Assembly (NCBI GenBank): GCA_963762145.1
Contig: CAVXJS010000007.1
Coordinates: forward strand, 128,001-192,000
DNA: 64,000 nucleotides
DNA from: an uncultured Candidatus Rokubacteria bacterium
Lineage (GTDB): Bacteria; Methylomirabilota; Methylomirabilia; Rokubacteriales; CSP1-6
Reading direction: 5' to 3'
Both the position numbers and the translations under genes were made by a program. Below the pieces are notes generated by a model. That model was not told where the DNA came from, made no database searches, and was given only the letters and a program-made list of their open reading frames with translations. Numbering within the stretch: the stretch's first letter is position 1; each line of letters opens with the position of its first letter. Positions 18,633-32,274 of the stretch are shown here, piece by piece.

Positions 18633-20225
18633 ATGCGCATCCGCCTCACCGCCAAGATCACCGTCCTGATCATCCTGGTGCTGATCGTGGGGTTCGGCGT
18701 CGCGACCCTCCTGACGATCAAGCGGGAGAGCGAGCTGCTCGTCGAGCAGAACAAGATGGCGGCGCGCCGGCTCATCGGCACGCTGGTCTCGAGCATCGAG
18801 ACCGCCATGCTCTCCGAGCGGCCCGACATCACCCGCGGCCTCATCGAGGATCTCCGCAGCTCGAAGCTCGTCCAGGGCCTCGTCGTCTACCGGAGGAATG
18901 GGGTGGAGGCGTTCACCGACCTGGCCACGCTGCGGGAGGTGTCGAAGGAGGCCGACCTGCCCAAGGACGTGATGGCCTCGATCGAGAAGATGCGCCGCGA
19001 GCCGGGGCGGACGATGGCGGGACCGCTCTTCACCCGGGCGCTCGAGACGATGCAGATGCAGGAGGCGCTCGAGTCCCGCGACGGCGCCACCATGTTCACG
19101 GTGTACCAGCCGATCCCCAACCAGGAGCGCTGCCAGGGCTGCCACGGCTCGGACCACAAGGTGCGCGCGGTCGTCCAGGCCGCCACCTCCATGGAGCCGG
19201 TGATGGCCGAGGTGCGCATGCAGCGCAACCGGCAGATCATGATCGGCCTCCTGACCATCCTGGCCGCCGCCGCGGTGCTGGCGGTGGCCATGCGTCACGT
19301 GGTGGTGCGGCCGATCCACGAGCTGGCCGCGGTGGCCCGGCGCATCGGCGAGGGCGACTTCGGGGTGCGGGCCCGCGCCGGCTCGGGGGACGAGGTGGCC
19401 GAGCTGGGCGGCGCGCTCAACGACATGACCGGCCATCTCGAGCGAGCCCAGCAGAACCTGGCCGCCCGCAACACCGAGCTCGCCACCGCGCTCGAGAACC
19501 TGCAGGCCTCGCGGCAGCGCCTCGAGGTGCTCGAGCAGCTCAAGGGCGAGCTCTCCAAGTTCGTGCCCGACGCGGTCAAGGAGCTGCTCGAGCGGGATCC
19601 CAGCGCGACGAGCCTCGAGAAGCGCAGCGAGGAGGTCTCGGTGCTCTTCCTCGACATCGCGGGCTACACGCGGCTCTCCGAGCAGCTCGAGGCCAAGCGG
19701 CTCAACCAGCTCGTCCAGACCTACTTCTCGAGCTTCCTCGAGATCATCCGCCGGCACCACGGGGACGTGAACGAGACCGCGGGCGACGGGCTCATGGTGA
19801 TCTTCCAGAAGCAGCCGCGCGGGCCCAGCGGGGGCGACGAGGACCACGCGCTGAACGCGACCCGGGCCGCCTTCGCGATCCGCCAGAAGACGACCGCGCT
19901 GAACGAGGAGTACGGAGGCGTGTTCCCGGCCATCCAGCTCCACATGGGGATCAATACCGGTCAGGCGCTGGTGGGCGCCACCAAGCTGAGCGGGGCGGCG
20001 TCCGAGCGCTGGACGTTCACCGCGACCGGCCCCACCACCAACATCGCGGCCCGGTTCGCGGGCGCGGCGGAGGGTGGAGACATCGTGGTCGGGCAGGTGA
20101 CCGCCGATCGCATCGCCGGGCTCTTCGTGCTGGAAGCGCTCGGGGAGCGCACCTTCAAGAACGTCTCGCAGCCACTCCCGATCTATCGCGTGATCCCGCC
20201 CGGCGTGTACAGCAAAGTCACCTGA
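18633..20225 (+). CDS. Membrane class III nucleotide cyclase with periplasmic CxxCH heme-c sensor and HAMP domain
   Basis: Two TM helices flanking CQGCH; HAMP (RPIHEL..DEVAEL); LFLDIAGYT, AGDGLM and NIAAR cyclase motifs. Confidence 0.88.
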   Translation: MRIRLTAKITVLIILVLIVGFGVATLLTIKRESELLVEQNKMAARRLIGTLVSSIETAMLSERPDITRGLIEDLRSSKLVQGLVVYRRNGVEAFTDLATLREVSKEADLPKDVMASIEKMRREPGRTMAGPLFTRALETMQMQEALESRDGATMFTVYQPIPNQERCQGCHGSDHKVRAVVQAATSMEPVMAEVRMQRNRQIMIGLLTILAAAAVLAVAMRHVVVRPIHELAAVARRIGEGDFGVRARAGSGDEVAELGGALNDMTGHLERAQQNLAARNTELATALENLQASRQRLEVLEQLKGELSKFVPDAVKELLERDPSATSLEKRSEEVSVLFLDIAGYTRLSEQLEAKRLNQLVQTYFSSFLEIIRRHHGDVNETAGDGLMVIFQKQPRGPSGGDEDHALNATRAAFAIRQKTTALNEEYGGVFPAIQLHMGINTGQALVGATKLSGAASERWTFTATGPTTNIAARFAGAAEGGDIVVGQVTADRIAGLFVLEALGERTFKNVSQPLPIYRVIPPGVYSKVT

Positions 20226-20226
20226 G

Positions 20227-20625
20227 CTACATCCCGCCGCCGGCCCCTCCGCCCTTCCAGTCGAACGAGGTCACGGTCACCCGGTAGGCGGCGCCGGTCG
20301 CCTGGAGCGGCACCTCGAAGTACGCCCGATCCTTGAACTGGACGGCCCCCACCACGAAGCCGATGGTCCGGGCGGTCACCGCGCCGGAGGCGTCGAGGGT
20401 TTCCACCAGCAGGTGGACGTCCGTGGCCGGGCGGCCGTGGTCGTTGTAGATGTAGCCCTGGATCGCCGGCTTGCCCCCACGCCCGGTGCCTGCCTCCCAG
20501 TCGAGGCGGAGCCGCGAATCGATGCCCGACGGCGCGCTCACCGCCGCCACGGGCGCCGGCATCGTGATCGGTCCCAGACCCGACATCACCGCCGCCACCA
20601 GCACGAGCGCCTTGATCGTCGTCAT
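20227..20625 (-). CDS. Exported hypothetical protein
   Basis: N-terminal signal peptide; beta-rich body (IQGYIYN, YFEVP); AGGAGG RBS. Confidence 0.7.
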   Translation of the reverse strand: MTTIKALVLVAAVMSGLGPITMPAPVAAVSAPSGIDSRLRLDWEAGTGRGGKPAIQGYIYNDHGRPATDVHLLVETLDASGAVTARTIGFVVGAVQFKDRAYFEVPLQATGAAYRVTVTSFDWKGGGAGGGM

Positions 20626-20698
20626 GGTGATCGCCTCCTGGCCCCTATGATGTCATAGACGTGATCGCCCCCGGGGACGCCCCGGAATGCGAAGCGAT

Positions 20699-21917
<1,219 letters not shown>

Positions 21918-22039
21918 GACCTGTGCATCTAAGCACAAGTCCCCAAGACCTGCGCGTGTTGACTGGCTATGGGCGATCGTCTAGCATCATCGAGAGGCGC
22001 GCTGCATCGCGCCATTCGACTCGACGACGAGAGGATTCC

Positions 22040-23041
22040 ATGGCCGATTCGCCGATGACGCTATCGGAACATCTCTCGACCCAGCAAGCCGCCCTCTCGA
22101 CCGAGCACGCCCGCAACGTGGCCGCGGTCCTGGCCCGCATCGGCCGCGTGGCCGCCGTCATCGCCCAGGAGCTGGCCCACGCCGCCCTTCGCGACCAGCT
22201 CGGCTACGTCGGCGGGGCCAACGCCACCGGCGACCAGGTCAAGAAGCTCGACGTGTGGGGCCACGAGACGATGGTGAGCGCGCTCCGCGAGACGCGGGCC
22301 TGCGCCGCGCTCGTGTCGGAGGAAGCCGCCGACCCCGTCGAGATGGAAGCGGGCGGCACGCACGCCCTCGTGGTCTGCGCGGATCCGGTGGACGGCTCCT
22401 CGAACCTGGACGTCAACGGCTCGGTGGGCACGATCTTCTCGCTCAAGCCGTCCAGGGGAAAGAGCCCGGCGGGTCCCGCCGCGCTCGGCGCGGGCACCGA
22501 TCAGATCGCGGCGGGCTACGTGATGTACGGCCCGGCGACGACCCTCGTCTACACGGTCGGGCGCGGCACGCACGGCTTCACGCTGGCCCCCGAGACCGGC
22601 GAGTTCCTGCTCACGCACCCCGACATCCGCATCCCGAAGCGCGGGAAGATCTACGGCATCAACGAGGGCAACGTGAACGTCTGGCATCCCGGCCAGCGCG
22701 CCTTCGTGGAGTATCTGAAGACGAAGGACAAGGCGAGCGGCCGGCCCTACTCGCTCCGCTACTCGGGCGCGATGGTGGCCGACGTGCACCGCACGCTGCT
22801 GGACGGCGGGCTCTTCATGTACCCCGCCGACTGGAGCGATCCGGCCAAGCCCAAGCCCAAGCTGCGGCTGCTCTACGAGGTCGCGCCGATGGGCCTGCTC
22901 GTCGAGCAGGCAGGCGGGCGCGCCAGCACCGGCTTCGAGCGCGTGCTGGACGTCGTGGCCACCGAGTATCACCAGCGAGCGGCCGTCATCCTCGGCAGCC
23001 CCGAGGACGTCGCGACCGCCGACGAGTTCTACCGCAGGTAA
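22040..23041 (+). CDS. fbp: Fructose-1,6-bisphosphatase class I
   Basis: VSEE, DPVDGSSN, RYSG.MVADVHR and KLRLLYE motifs. Confidence 0.95.
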   Translation: MADSPMTLSEHLSTQQAALSTEHARNVAAVLARIGRVAAVIAQELAHAALRDQLGYVGGANATGDQVKKLDVWGHETMVSALRETRACAALVSEEAADPVEMEAGGTHALVVCADPVDGSSNLDVNGSVGTIFSLKPSRGKSPAGPAALGAGTDQIAAGYVMYGPATTLVYTVGRGTHGFTLAPETGEFLLTHPDIRIPKRGKIYGINEGNVNVWHPGQRAFVEYLKTKDKASGRPYSLRYSGAMVADVHRTLLDGGLFMYPADWSDPAKPKPKLRLLYEVAPMGLLVEQAGGRASTGFERVLDVVATEYHQRAAVILGSPEDVATADEFYRR

Positions 23042-23071
23042 CCTGCGAGCCAGGAAAGGAGCGGTCACGCC

Positions 23072-23998
23072 ATGGAATCGCGAGTGAAGGAGATCCTGAG
23101 CTGGTACAGCAGTGACAGTCCCGGCACGCGCACCAACATCGCCCGCCTGCTCAACCACGGGCGCCTGGCCGGCACCGGCAAGCTCGTCATCCTGCCGGTG
23201 GACCAGGGGTTCGAGCACGGACCCGCGCGCAGCTTCGCGGTCAACCCCGCGGGCTACGACCCGTCGTACCACTTCCAGCTCGCCATCGACGCCGGCTGCA
23301 ACGCCTACGCGGCGCCGCTCGGGTTCCTGGAGTCGGGGGCCGCCGAGTTCGCGGGCGAGGTGCCGCTCATCCTCAAGATGAACAACCACGACGTGCTCCA
23401 CGACGAGAAGGATCCGCTCTCCGCGGTGACCGGCTCGGTCAAGGACGCGCTCCGGCTCGGGTGCGTGGCGGTGGGCTTCACGATCTACCCGGGCTCGTCG
23501 CAGGCCCAGATCATGTACCAGCAGTGCCGCGAGATGATCCAGGAGGCCAAGGCCAGCGGGCTCGCGGCGGTGGTGTGGTCCTACCCGCGCGGGACCGACG
23601 TCAGCAAGGCCGGGGAGACCGGTCTGGACGTCGTCGCCTACGCGGCCCAGATCGCGGCCCAGCTCGGCGCCCACATCATCAAGGTGAAGCCGCCCACCGA
23701 GCACATCGAGCAGGCCGAGGCCAAGAAGGCCTACGAGAAGGCCAAGGTGCCGATGGCCACCCTCAGCGAGCGGGTGCGGCACGTGGTGCAGTCCTCCTTC
23801 AACGGCCGCCGGATCGTGATCTTCTCGGGCGGGGCCACCAAGGAGAACGACGAGTCGTTCTTCGACGAGTGCCGCGGCATCCGCGACGGTGGGGCGTTCG
23901 GCTCCATCATCGGGCGCAACTCGTTCCAGCGGCCGCGCGACCACGCGCTCCGGTTCCTGGACACGGTGATGAAGATCTACTCCGGCGAGAAGAAGTAG
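23072..23998 (+). CDS. fbaB: Class I fructose-bisphosphate aldolase
   Basis: ILPVDQGFEHGP, WSYPRG, IIKVK and GSIIGRN motifs. Confidence 0.93.
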   Translation: MESRVKEILSWYSSDSPGTRTNIARLLNHGRLAGTGKLVILPVDQGFEHGPARSFAVNPAGYDPSYHFQLAIDAGCNAYAAPLGFLESGAAEFAGEVPLILKMNNHDVLHDEKDPLSAVTGSVKDALRLGCVAVGFTIYPGSSQAQIMYQQCREMIQEAKASGLAAVVWSYPRGTDVSKAGETGLDVVAYAAQIAAQLGAHIIKVKPPTEHIEQAEAKKAYEKAKVPMATLSERVRHVVQSSFNGRRIVIFSGGATKENDESFFDECRGIRDGGAFGSIIGRNSFQRPRDHALRFLDTVMKIYSGEKK

Positions 23999-24012
23999 CG
24001 GCCGCCCGGCCC

Positions 24013-24969
24013 GTGCCCGCTCCCCCGGAGGCCCCGACCGAATCGGAAGTTCGCGAGTACCTGAAGACGCTGTCGAACTGGGGCCGCTGGGGGAGCGAGG
24101 ACGAGCTGGGCACCATCAACCTGATCACGCCTGCCAAGCGCCAGCATGCGGCGCGTCTCGTCACCCACGGCGAGAGCGTCACGTGCGCCCGCCCGATCAC
24201 GACCGACATCGCCGCCGACACCACCGTCCAACCCATGCGCTTCATGGTCGACTCCGGCGAGGGCCGTGACACCGTGTCCCCGGAGCGCGCCCTGCAGCGC
24301 CGCGGCGCGGCCGAGTTCATCGGCATGGTCTTTCACGGCTACTCCATCACCCACGTGGACGCGCCGTCGCACTACTTCTGGGACGGCCGGCTCTACAACG
24401 GGCGCTCGTGCAACGCGGTGACGTCGCGCGAGGGCGCTACCGTGAACTCGGTGGAGGTGCTGCGCGACGGGGTGGTCAGCCGCGGGGTGCTGCTGGATGT
24501 CGCGCGGACGAAGGGCGTCCCGTGGCTCGAGGCGGGCGTGGGCGTGATGCCGGACGACCTGGAGGCCGCCGAGAAGGCCGCGGGGGTCCGGGTGGAGCCG
24601 GGCGACATCCTGCTCGTGCGCACCGGCTACTATGGCCGGCGGCTCGCGGAGGGGCCGGTGAACCCGCTCCAGGCCGGCAACCCCGCGCTCCACGCGGCGT
24701 GCTGCCCCTGGCTGCGCGAGCGGGGAGTGGCCATGATCGGCACCGACACCCACAACGACGTGACCCCGCTACCGTACCCGTCCATGGGCAACTCCTTCCA
24801 CGTGGTCTGCCTGGTGGCCATGGGCCTGTGGCTCATCGACAACGCCAATCTGGAGGACCTGGCCCGGACCGCCGCCCGGCTCGGGCGCTGGGAGTTCCTG
24901 CTGGCCATTGCCCCGCTCCGGCTCAAGGGCGTGACGGGCTCCCCGGTCAACCCGATCGCGGTCTTCTAG
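24013..24969 (+). CDS. Cyclase (kynurenine formamidase-like) family protein
   Basis: NWGRWG.EDELGT.N, HG..ITHVDAPSH, GDILLVRTG and GSPVNP motifs. Confidence 0.9.
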   Translation: MPAPPEAPTESEVREYLKTLSNWGRWGSEDELGTINLITPAKRQHAARLVTHGESVTCARPITTDIAADTTVQPMRFMVDSGEGRDTVSPERALQRRGAAEFIGMVFHGYSITHVDAPSHYFWDGRLYNGRSCNAVTSREGATVNSVEVLRDGVVSRGVLLDVARTKGVPWLEAGVGVMPDDLEAAEKAAGVRVEPGDILLVRTGYYGRRLAEGPVNPLQAGNPALHAACCPWLRERGVAMIGTDTHNDVTPLPYPSMGNSFHVVCLVAMGLWLIDNANLEDLARTAARLGRWEFLLAIAPLRLKGVTGSPVNPIAVF

Positions 24970-25043
24970 GCCCCCGCTAGGCCCCCGCCGGGGCTGGCGG
25001 ATTCCCGATGGCTGGAAAACGAGCCTGGCATATACTCGGGGGC

Positions 25044-25562
25044 ATGGAGCGCCAGACCCCCTGGTTTCAGGTCGTGGCCGTCATCCTGGTCGTGGTCGGG
25101 CTGCTGACGCTGGCGGCCCCGGCCCCGGTGCACGCCATGGACCCGCAGCTCATGATGGCCATGGCGTCCGCGGCGGGCGCCATCGCGCTGATCGTGGGGT
25201 ACCTCATCGTGGCCAACGGTCGCGACCGGCAGCGCGCTGCCTCGCTGGAAGGCATCTACACCTGCCATGAGCGGGAGGCTTCCGGCCCGATGGGCTGTGT
25301 CGGTCCGAGCTCGGGCAAGCCGGCGCCGGCCGCCTACGCGCCCGCCGCGCCGGCGGAGAGCCCGATGGCGACCGAGGGTGGCAGCGCCCCGCGCGTGAGC
25401 GCGATCGCCGGGCTGGACTCGTGCCCGCAGGGCCAGGCCTCTGGGCCGATGGGCTGCGGCGCCGCGACGGGGTCAGGGTCGGCCTACTCGGTAGGCGCCG
25501 GGTCGGGCGGCTTCTCGTCGGCCGCTCCCGCTGCGGTCCCTTCCGCCGTCCAGGGCCAGTAA
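25044..25562 (+). CDS. Hypothetical membrane-anchored protein with two ASGPMGC repeats
   Basis: Signal/TM segments followed by C-x4-ASGPMGC twice. Confidence 0.65.
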   Translation: MERQTPWFQVVAVILVVVGLLTLAAPAPVHAMDPQLMMAMASAAGAIALIVGYLIVANGRDRQRAASLEGIYTCHEREASGPMGCVGPSSGKPAPAAYAPAAPAESPMATEGGSAPRVSAIAGLDSCPQGQASGPMGCGAATGSGSAYSVGAGSGGFSSAAPAAVPSAVQGQ

Positions 25563-25581
25563 CCGGATCCGGGCAACAAAC

Positions 25582-25615
25582 GACCGGCGGGGGTCACCCC
25601 CGCCGGTCTTGTCTT
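25582..25615. terminator. Hairpin terminator between convergent genes
   Basis: GACCGGCGGGGG-TCA-CCCCCGCCGGTC followed by TTGTCTT and preceded by AACAAAC. Confidence 0.7.
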
Positions 25616-25628
25616 GCCGGTCGGCCGG

Positions 25629-26845
25629 CTACTTGCGAACCGCGTCGAGGATCTCGCCGAACAGCGCCCACTTCTCGCCGTCGAACTTGGCGAGCTGCTC
25701 CTGCTCGATGGGAGCGTGGTCGGTCGGGCTCGTGTTGACCTTGATGCCGGGCAGCAGGAGCGGCAGCTCGAAGTCCTTCACGTTGGCCGCCTGCTTCATG
25801 ATGTTCTCGCGCGAGAGGTCGTTGCCGCACTGCTTGAGCACCTGGGTCATCAGGATGGCCACGTTGTAGCCGAAGGCGTTGGCCTGCTCGTCGATGGCGC
25901 CCTCCGGATAGTACTTCTTCATGAACGCGACCCACTCGACGAAGCCCTTGTCGTTCTTCCACTGCGGGTCGGTGATCTCCTTCATGTAGAGCGCGGTGAT
26001 CAGGCCCCGGGAGCTCTCGAGCCCCGCGGGCTTCAGCACGGTGCCCAGCGAGCTCGACACGTTGTTCAGGAAGTGCAGCGGCTTCCAGCCGATGTCGTTG
26101 GACTTCTTGATGGCCTGCACCGCGAACTTCGGGATCGTGATGTTGAAGAACACGTTGGCGCCGCTGTTCTTCAGGTTGACGATCTGCGAGTCGATCGTGG
26201 GGTCGGTCACCTCGTAGCTCTGCTTCATCACGATCAGCTTCTTGGCCGCGTCGCCCAGCCCGTCCTCGAAGCCCTTGAGGTAGTCCTTCCCGTAGTCGTC
26301 GTTCTGGTACAGGATGCCGACCTTCGCGTCGGGCACGTTCTTGAGCACGTACGCCGCGTAGATCCGGCCCTCGGTCTGGTAGTTGGGCTGGTAGCCCATC
26401 GTCCACGGGAAGTTCTTCGGGTCGTTCCACTTCGTCGCGCCGGTGGCCACGAAGAGGTGCGGCACCTTCTGCTGGTTCACGTACTTGTGGATGGCGCTGT
26501 TGGGGGGCGTGCCGAGGGTCTGGAAGAGCGCGGCGACCTGGTCCTGCTCGACGAGGCTTGCCGGACCATCTCCACCGTCTTGGGCGGGCTGTACTCGTCG
26601 TCGAGGTGATGTAGTTGATCTTGCGCCCGTTGACCCCGCCCTCGTCGTTGACCTTCTTGAAGTAGGCGCCGATGACCTTGCCGATGGTGCCGTAGGCGGA
26701 GGCCGGGCCGCTGTAGGGATTGGTGTTGCCGATCTTGATCTCGGTGGCGGTGACGCCGACCACCGTCTGGGCCGCCGCCCCGCCGGCGCCGGCCAGGTCA
26801 CGCCCAGGCCAGCAGCAGCGCCATGAACCGCGTGAATAGCCTCAT
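25629..26845 (-). CDS. LIV-type ABC substrate-binding protein (frameshifted)
   Basis: GVTATEIKIG..PYSGPAS, LGTPPNSA and YQNDDYG are split over several frames. Confidence 0.88.
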
Positions 26846-26859
26846 GTGTTGCCTCCCGT

Positions 26860-27944
26860 TCAGGTTGAAGGTGACCTGCCGGGGCGGGCCGGCCCTGGGT
26901 CTCTCCTTGAAACTGCCGACGCGGTCACCCGGATCCACACCAGGTGCAGGAAGCCGGCGATGCCGCGAGGCATGACGTACATGAACACGATGAGGAAGAT
27001 CCCGAAGATGGCCCAGGGTGCGGCCTTGGAGATGTCCTGGGCCCAGTTCGGCACGAACTGGATGAACAGCGCCCCGAATACCGCGCCGGAGATGGTCGCG
27101 AGCCCGCCGATCACGATCCCGGTCAGCAGCGTGATGGACAGGAAGACGTTGAAGGAGTCGGGGGCGACGAACGCGATGGCGAGGGCGGAGAGCGCGCCCG
27201 CGATGCCGGTGTAGGCCGCGCTGACGCCGAAGACGACCGACTTGTAGAGCGCATTGTTGATGCCCATGGCCTCGGCGGCGATGTGGTTGTCGCGGATGGC
27301 CACGATGGCCCGGCCCACGCGGCCGCGCAGGAGGTTCCAGGCCAGGACGAAGAGGACGAGGGCGACGGCGAGGGTGAAGAAGTAGAGCCACTGGTCCTCG
27401 GTGAGACGCAGGCCGAACGGGGCCTTGGGCTTGGACAGCACGATGCCCTGCGAGCCGCCCGTCCAGTGCTCGAAGTACTTGAGGATCTGCGGCACCGCCA
27501 GGGCGAGCGAGAAGGTCGCGAGCGCCAGGTAGAGGCCTTCCAGCCGCAGGGCGGGGCGGCCGAACAGGAAGCCGACGACGAGGCAGACGAACCCGGCCGA
27601 CCGGCATCGTCCAGCCATACCCGATGTTCCACCGGTCGATCATGATCGCGGTCGTGTAGGCGCCGATCGCGTAGAAGGCGCCGTGGCCCAGCGAGAACTG
27701 GCCGTTGTAGCCGGTCAAGCAGTTCAGGCCGAGCAGCGCGATGGCGTAGATCAGGACCTGGGTGAACTGGAAGAGGCGGAAGCCGCTCAGTCACGAAGGG
27801 CAGCGCGACCGCGACGACCAGCGACCAGGACGATCACCGCGGCCAGATCGAGCGGGCGGACCGCGGGGGCCCGCGCCGTCGAGGCGCCGCCACCGGCCGG
27901 CTCGCCGCCTTCGTCGCCCGTCGCCGCCGTACCGGGACGTCCAT
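26860..27944 (-). CDS. livM: LivM-type permease (frameshifted)
   Basis: TGYNGQFSLGHGAF, TGGSQG and AIRDN motifs. Confidence 0.85.
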
Positions 27945-27946
27945 CG

Positions 27947-28833
27947 CTAGACCCGGCGGACCACGGTGCGGCCGAAGAGGCCGCTCGGCCGGACCAGCAG
28001 CACGACGATGATCATGGCCAGCGCGACCGTCAGCTTCAGCTCGGTGCCGATGAAGCTCACGTAGGTGCCGACCAGGTTCTCGGTCACCCCGACCAGCAGG
28101 CCGCCGACCACCGCGCCGAGCGGGCTCGTGAAGCCGCCCACCGTGGCCGCCGCGAAGGCGTAGAGCTGGATGCCGCCCATCATGTTCGGGTCGAGGAAGA
28201 CCACGGGGGCGACCATCATGCCCGCCACCGCGCCGAAGGCCGCGGCCAGGCCCCAGCCGAGCGCGAGCATCCAGCTCACGCGGATGCCGCAGAGCCGGCT
28301 CGACGACGGGATTCTGCGCGGCGGCGCGCATGGCCAGGCCGAGCGTCGTGTAGCGGAAGAAGAGCGAAGAGCAGGGCGAGCACGACGAGCGTCACGCCGA
28401 TCGCGCCCAGGTCGTGGGCGCCGAAGACGATATTGCCGATCCTGATGGGCTTGCTGCGGGAAGGGGCTCGGGAAGGGCTTCTGGATGTAGGAGTAGATCC
28501 AGCCCGCGATGCTGTTCAGGATCACGAGCAGGCCCAGGGTGACGATGACGATGGTCAGGATCGGCGCGTTCTCGACGGGCCGGATCACGACGCGCTCGAT
28601 GACGCAGGCCGCCCACGAAGGCGAGGGCCACCGTCGCAGCAGAACGCGACCCAGTAGGGCATGCCCGCCTGGAGAAACGTCCACGCGAGGTACGTGCTGA
28701 ACATCGCCATCTCGCCCTGGGCGAAGTTCACCACGTCGGTGGCCTGGTAGATCATGACGAGGGCCAGCGCGAGGCTCGCGTAGATGCCGCCGGTGGCGAG
28801 CCCCGAGACGACCTGCTGGACGAAGATGTCCAT
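27947..28833 (-). CDS. livH: LivH-type permease (frameshifted)
   Basis: VVNFAQGE and RPSGLFG motifs. Confidence 0.85.
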
Positions 28834-28851
28834 CCGCGCTCCGGTACTGCC

Positions 28852-29568
28852 TCAGTACCCGAGGTACGAGCGGCGGATGGCGTCGTCCTTCTTGAGCTCG
28901 CGGCCGGGCCCGACATGACGACGCGTCCGGTCTCGAGCAGATACGCCTGGTCGGCCAGGTCGAGCGCGAGGGCGGCGTTCTGCTCGACGAGGAGCACGCT
29001 CACCCGCTCCTCGCTGGTTGATCGTCCGCACGATGCGGAAGATCTCCCGCACGATCAGCGGAGCGAGACCGAGGGACGGCTCGTCGAGCAGGAGCAGGCG
29101 CGGGCGCGACATGAGCGCGCGCGCCACCGCGAGCATCTGCTGCTCGCCGCCCGTCAGCGTGCCCGCCTGCTGGCGCCGGCGCTCCGCGAGCACCGGGAAG
29201 TACTGGTACACCTTGCTCGTAGGCCCCTGCGAGGCCCGACCGGTCGCGGCGGGCGTAGGCCCCGAGCCGCAGGTTCTCCTCGACGGTGAGGTCGACGAAG
29301 GTGCCGCGGCCCTCCGGCGTGTGGGCGATGCCGAGGCGGACGATGTTCTCCGTCGTCTTGCCGTCGATCCGCTGGCCGTCGAAGCGCACCTCGCCGGACG
29401 GTCTTGACCATCGGCGCAGACCGCGCGGAGCGTGGTGGTCTTGCCCGCGCCGTTGGCGCCGAGGATGGTGGTGATGCCGCCCGCCTCCACGGCGAAGCGG
29501 AGCCCGTGGAGGACCATGGTGCTGCCGTATTGCGCGTGGAGGTCGTCGGCCTCGAGCATCGCGGGCAC
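28852..29568 (-). CDS. livF: LivF-type ATPase (frameshifted)
   Basis: [16 protein letters not shown] and [11 protein letters not shown] motifs. Confidence 0.85.
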   Translation of the reverse strand: MPAMLEADDLHAQYGSTMVLHGLRFAVEAGGITTILGANGAGKTTTLRAVCADGQDRPARCASTASGSTARRRRTSSASASPTRRRAAAPSSTSPSRRTCGSGPTPAATGRASQGPTSKVYQYFPVLAERRRQQAGTLTGGEQQMLAVARALMSRPRLLLLDEPSLGLAPLIVREIFRIVRTINQRGAGERAPRRAERRPRARPGRPGVSARDRTRRHVGPGRELKKDDAIRRSYLGY

Positions 29569-29571
29569 GGA

Positions 29572-30355
29572 TCAGTTCTCGCTGCCGAGGTACGCGCGGA
29601 TCACTTCGGGGTCGCGCTGCACCTCGGCGGGCGCGCCCTCGGCGATCTTCTTGCCGAAGTCGAGCACGACCACGCGGTCGGAGACCTGCATCACCAGGCT
29701 CATGTGGTGCTCGACGAGCAGCACGGTCACCCCTCGCCGCTCGCGGATCGAGCGCAGGATGGCGCCAGCGCGCCGACTTCCTCGTGGTTCAGGCCGCCCG
29801 CGGGCTCGTCCACGAGGAGGAGCTTGGGCTGACCCGCGAGGGCCCGCGCGAGCTCCACGCGCTTCAGGGTGCCGAACGGCAGGCCCGCCGCGGGATGCCC
29901 GGCGACGCGCTCGAGATCGAGGAAGGCGATGATCTCCATGGCCGCCTCGCGCATCGTGCCGCTCTTCGCGGCTGACCCACGGCAGCCGCAGCGCATTGCT
30001 CAGGAAGTCGCTGCTGCGTCCGCGCGTGCACGCCGACCATCACGTTCTGCAGCACGGTCAGCGTCGGGAAGAGCGCGAGGTTCTGGAAGGTGCGGCCGAT
30101 GCCCAGCGCGGCCACGTGATGCGGGGTGTCGCTCACGATGGACTGCCCCTCGAAGAGGACGTCGCCCGCGCTCGGCGTGTAGAGCCGGCTCACGCAGTTG
30201 AACAGCGTGGTCTTGCCCGCGCCATTGGGGCCGATGAGGCCGACGATATGCCCCGGCGCCATGTCGAAGGACACCGCGTCGAGCGCCACGATGCCGCCGA
30301 AGCGCATCGAGACGTTGCGGACGGCCAGCAGCGATGTGGATGCGAGCGGCCCCAT
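29572..30355 (-). CDS. livG: LivG-type ATPase (frameshifted)
   Basis: [13 protein letters not shown] and DEPAGGL motifs. Confidence 0.85.
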
Positions 30356-30471
30356 TGCCCTCCAGATCTCCCGACACGAGCGCTCCGAGGGAGCATGTCG
30401 GCGTGGCGTTCTGCAGCGTGGCCTAGTTTATAGAGAGTGGTCCCGTCTTTTGTCAATCCTAAAGCACACTT

Positions 30472-30484
30472 CCTGGTATAATCC
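30472..30484 (+). promoter_or_regulatory. Extended -10 promoter candidate for ettA
   Basis: TGGTATAAT (TGn + TATAAT) in the AT-rich intergenic region between divergent livG and ettA. Confidence 0.6.
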
Positions 30485-30561
30485 CTGGTGGCAGGCCCGG
30501 TTCCCGGGTCGAGCCTAGGCCGCGTCGAGCACGAACCCAACGCACCGAATCGGGGAGATCC

Positions 30562-32254
<1,693 letters not shown>

Positions 32255-32274
32255 CCGCGGGGGAGGACCGCGCC

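Noticed and set aside
22040-23998. Calvin cycle operon
   Set aside because: Only fbp and fbaB are present, with no RuBisCO or PRK in the window; gluconeogenesis explains them.
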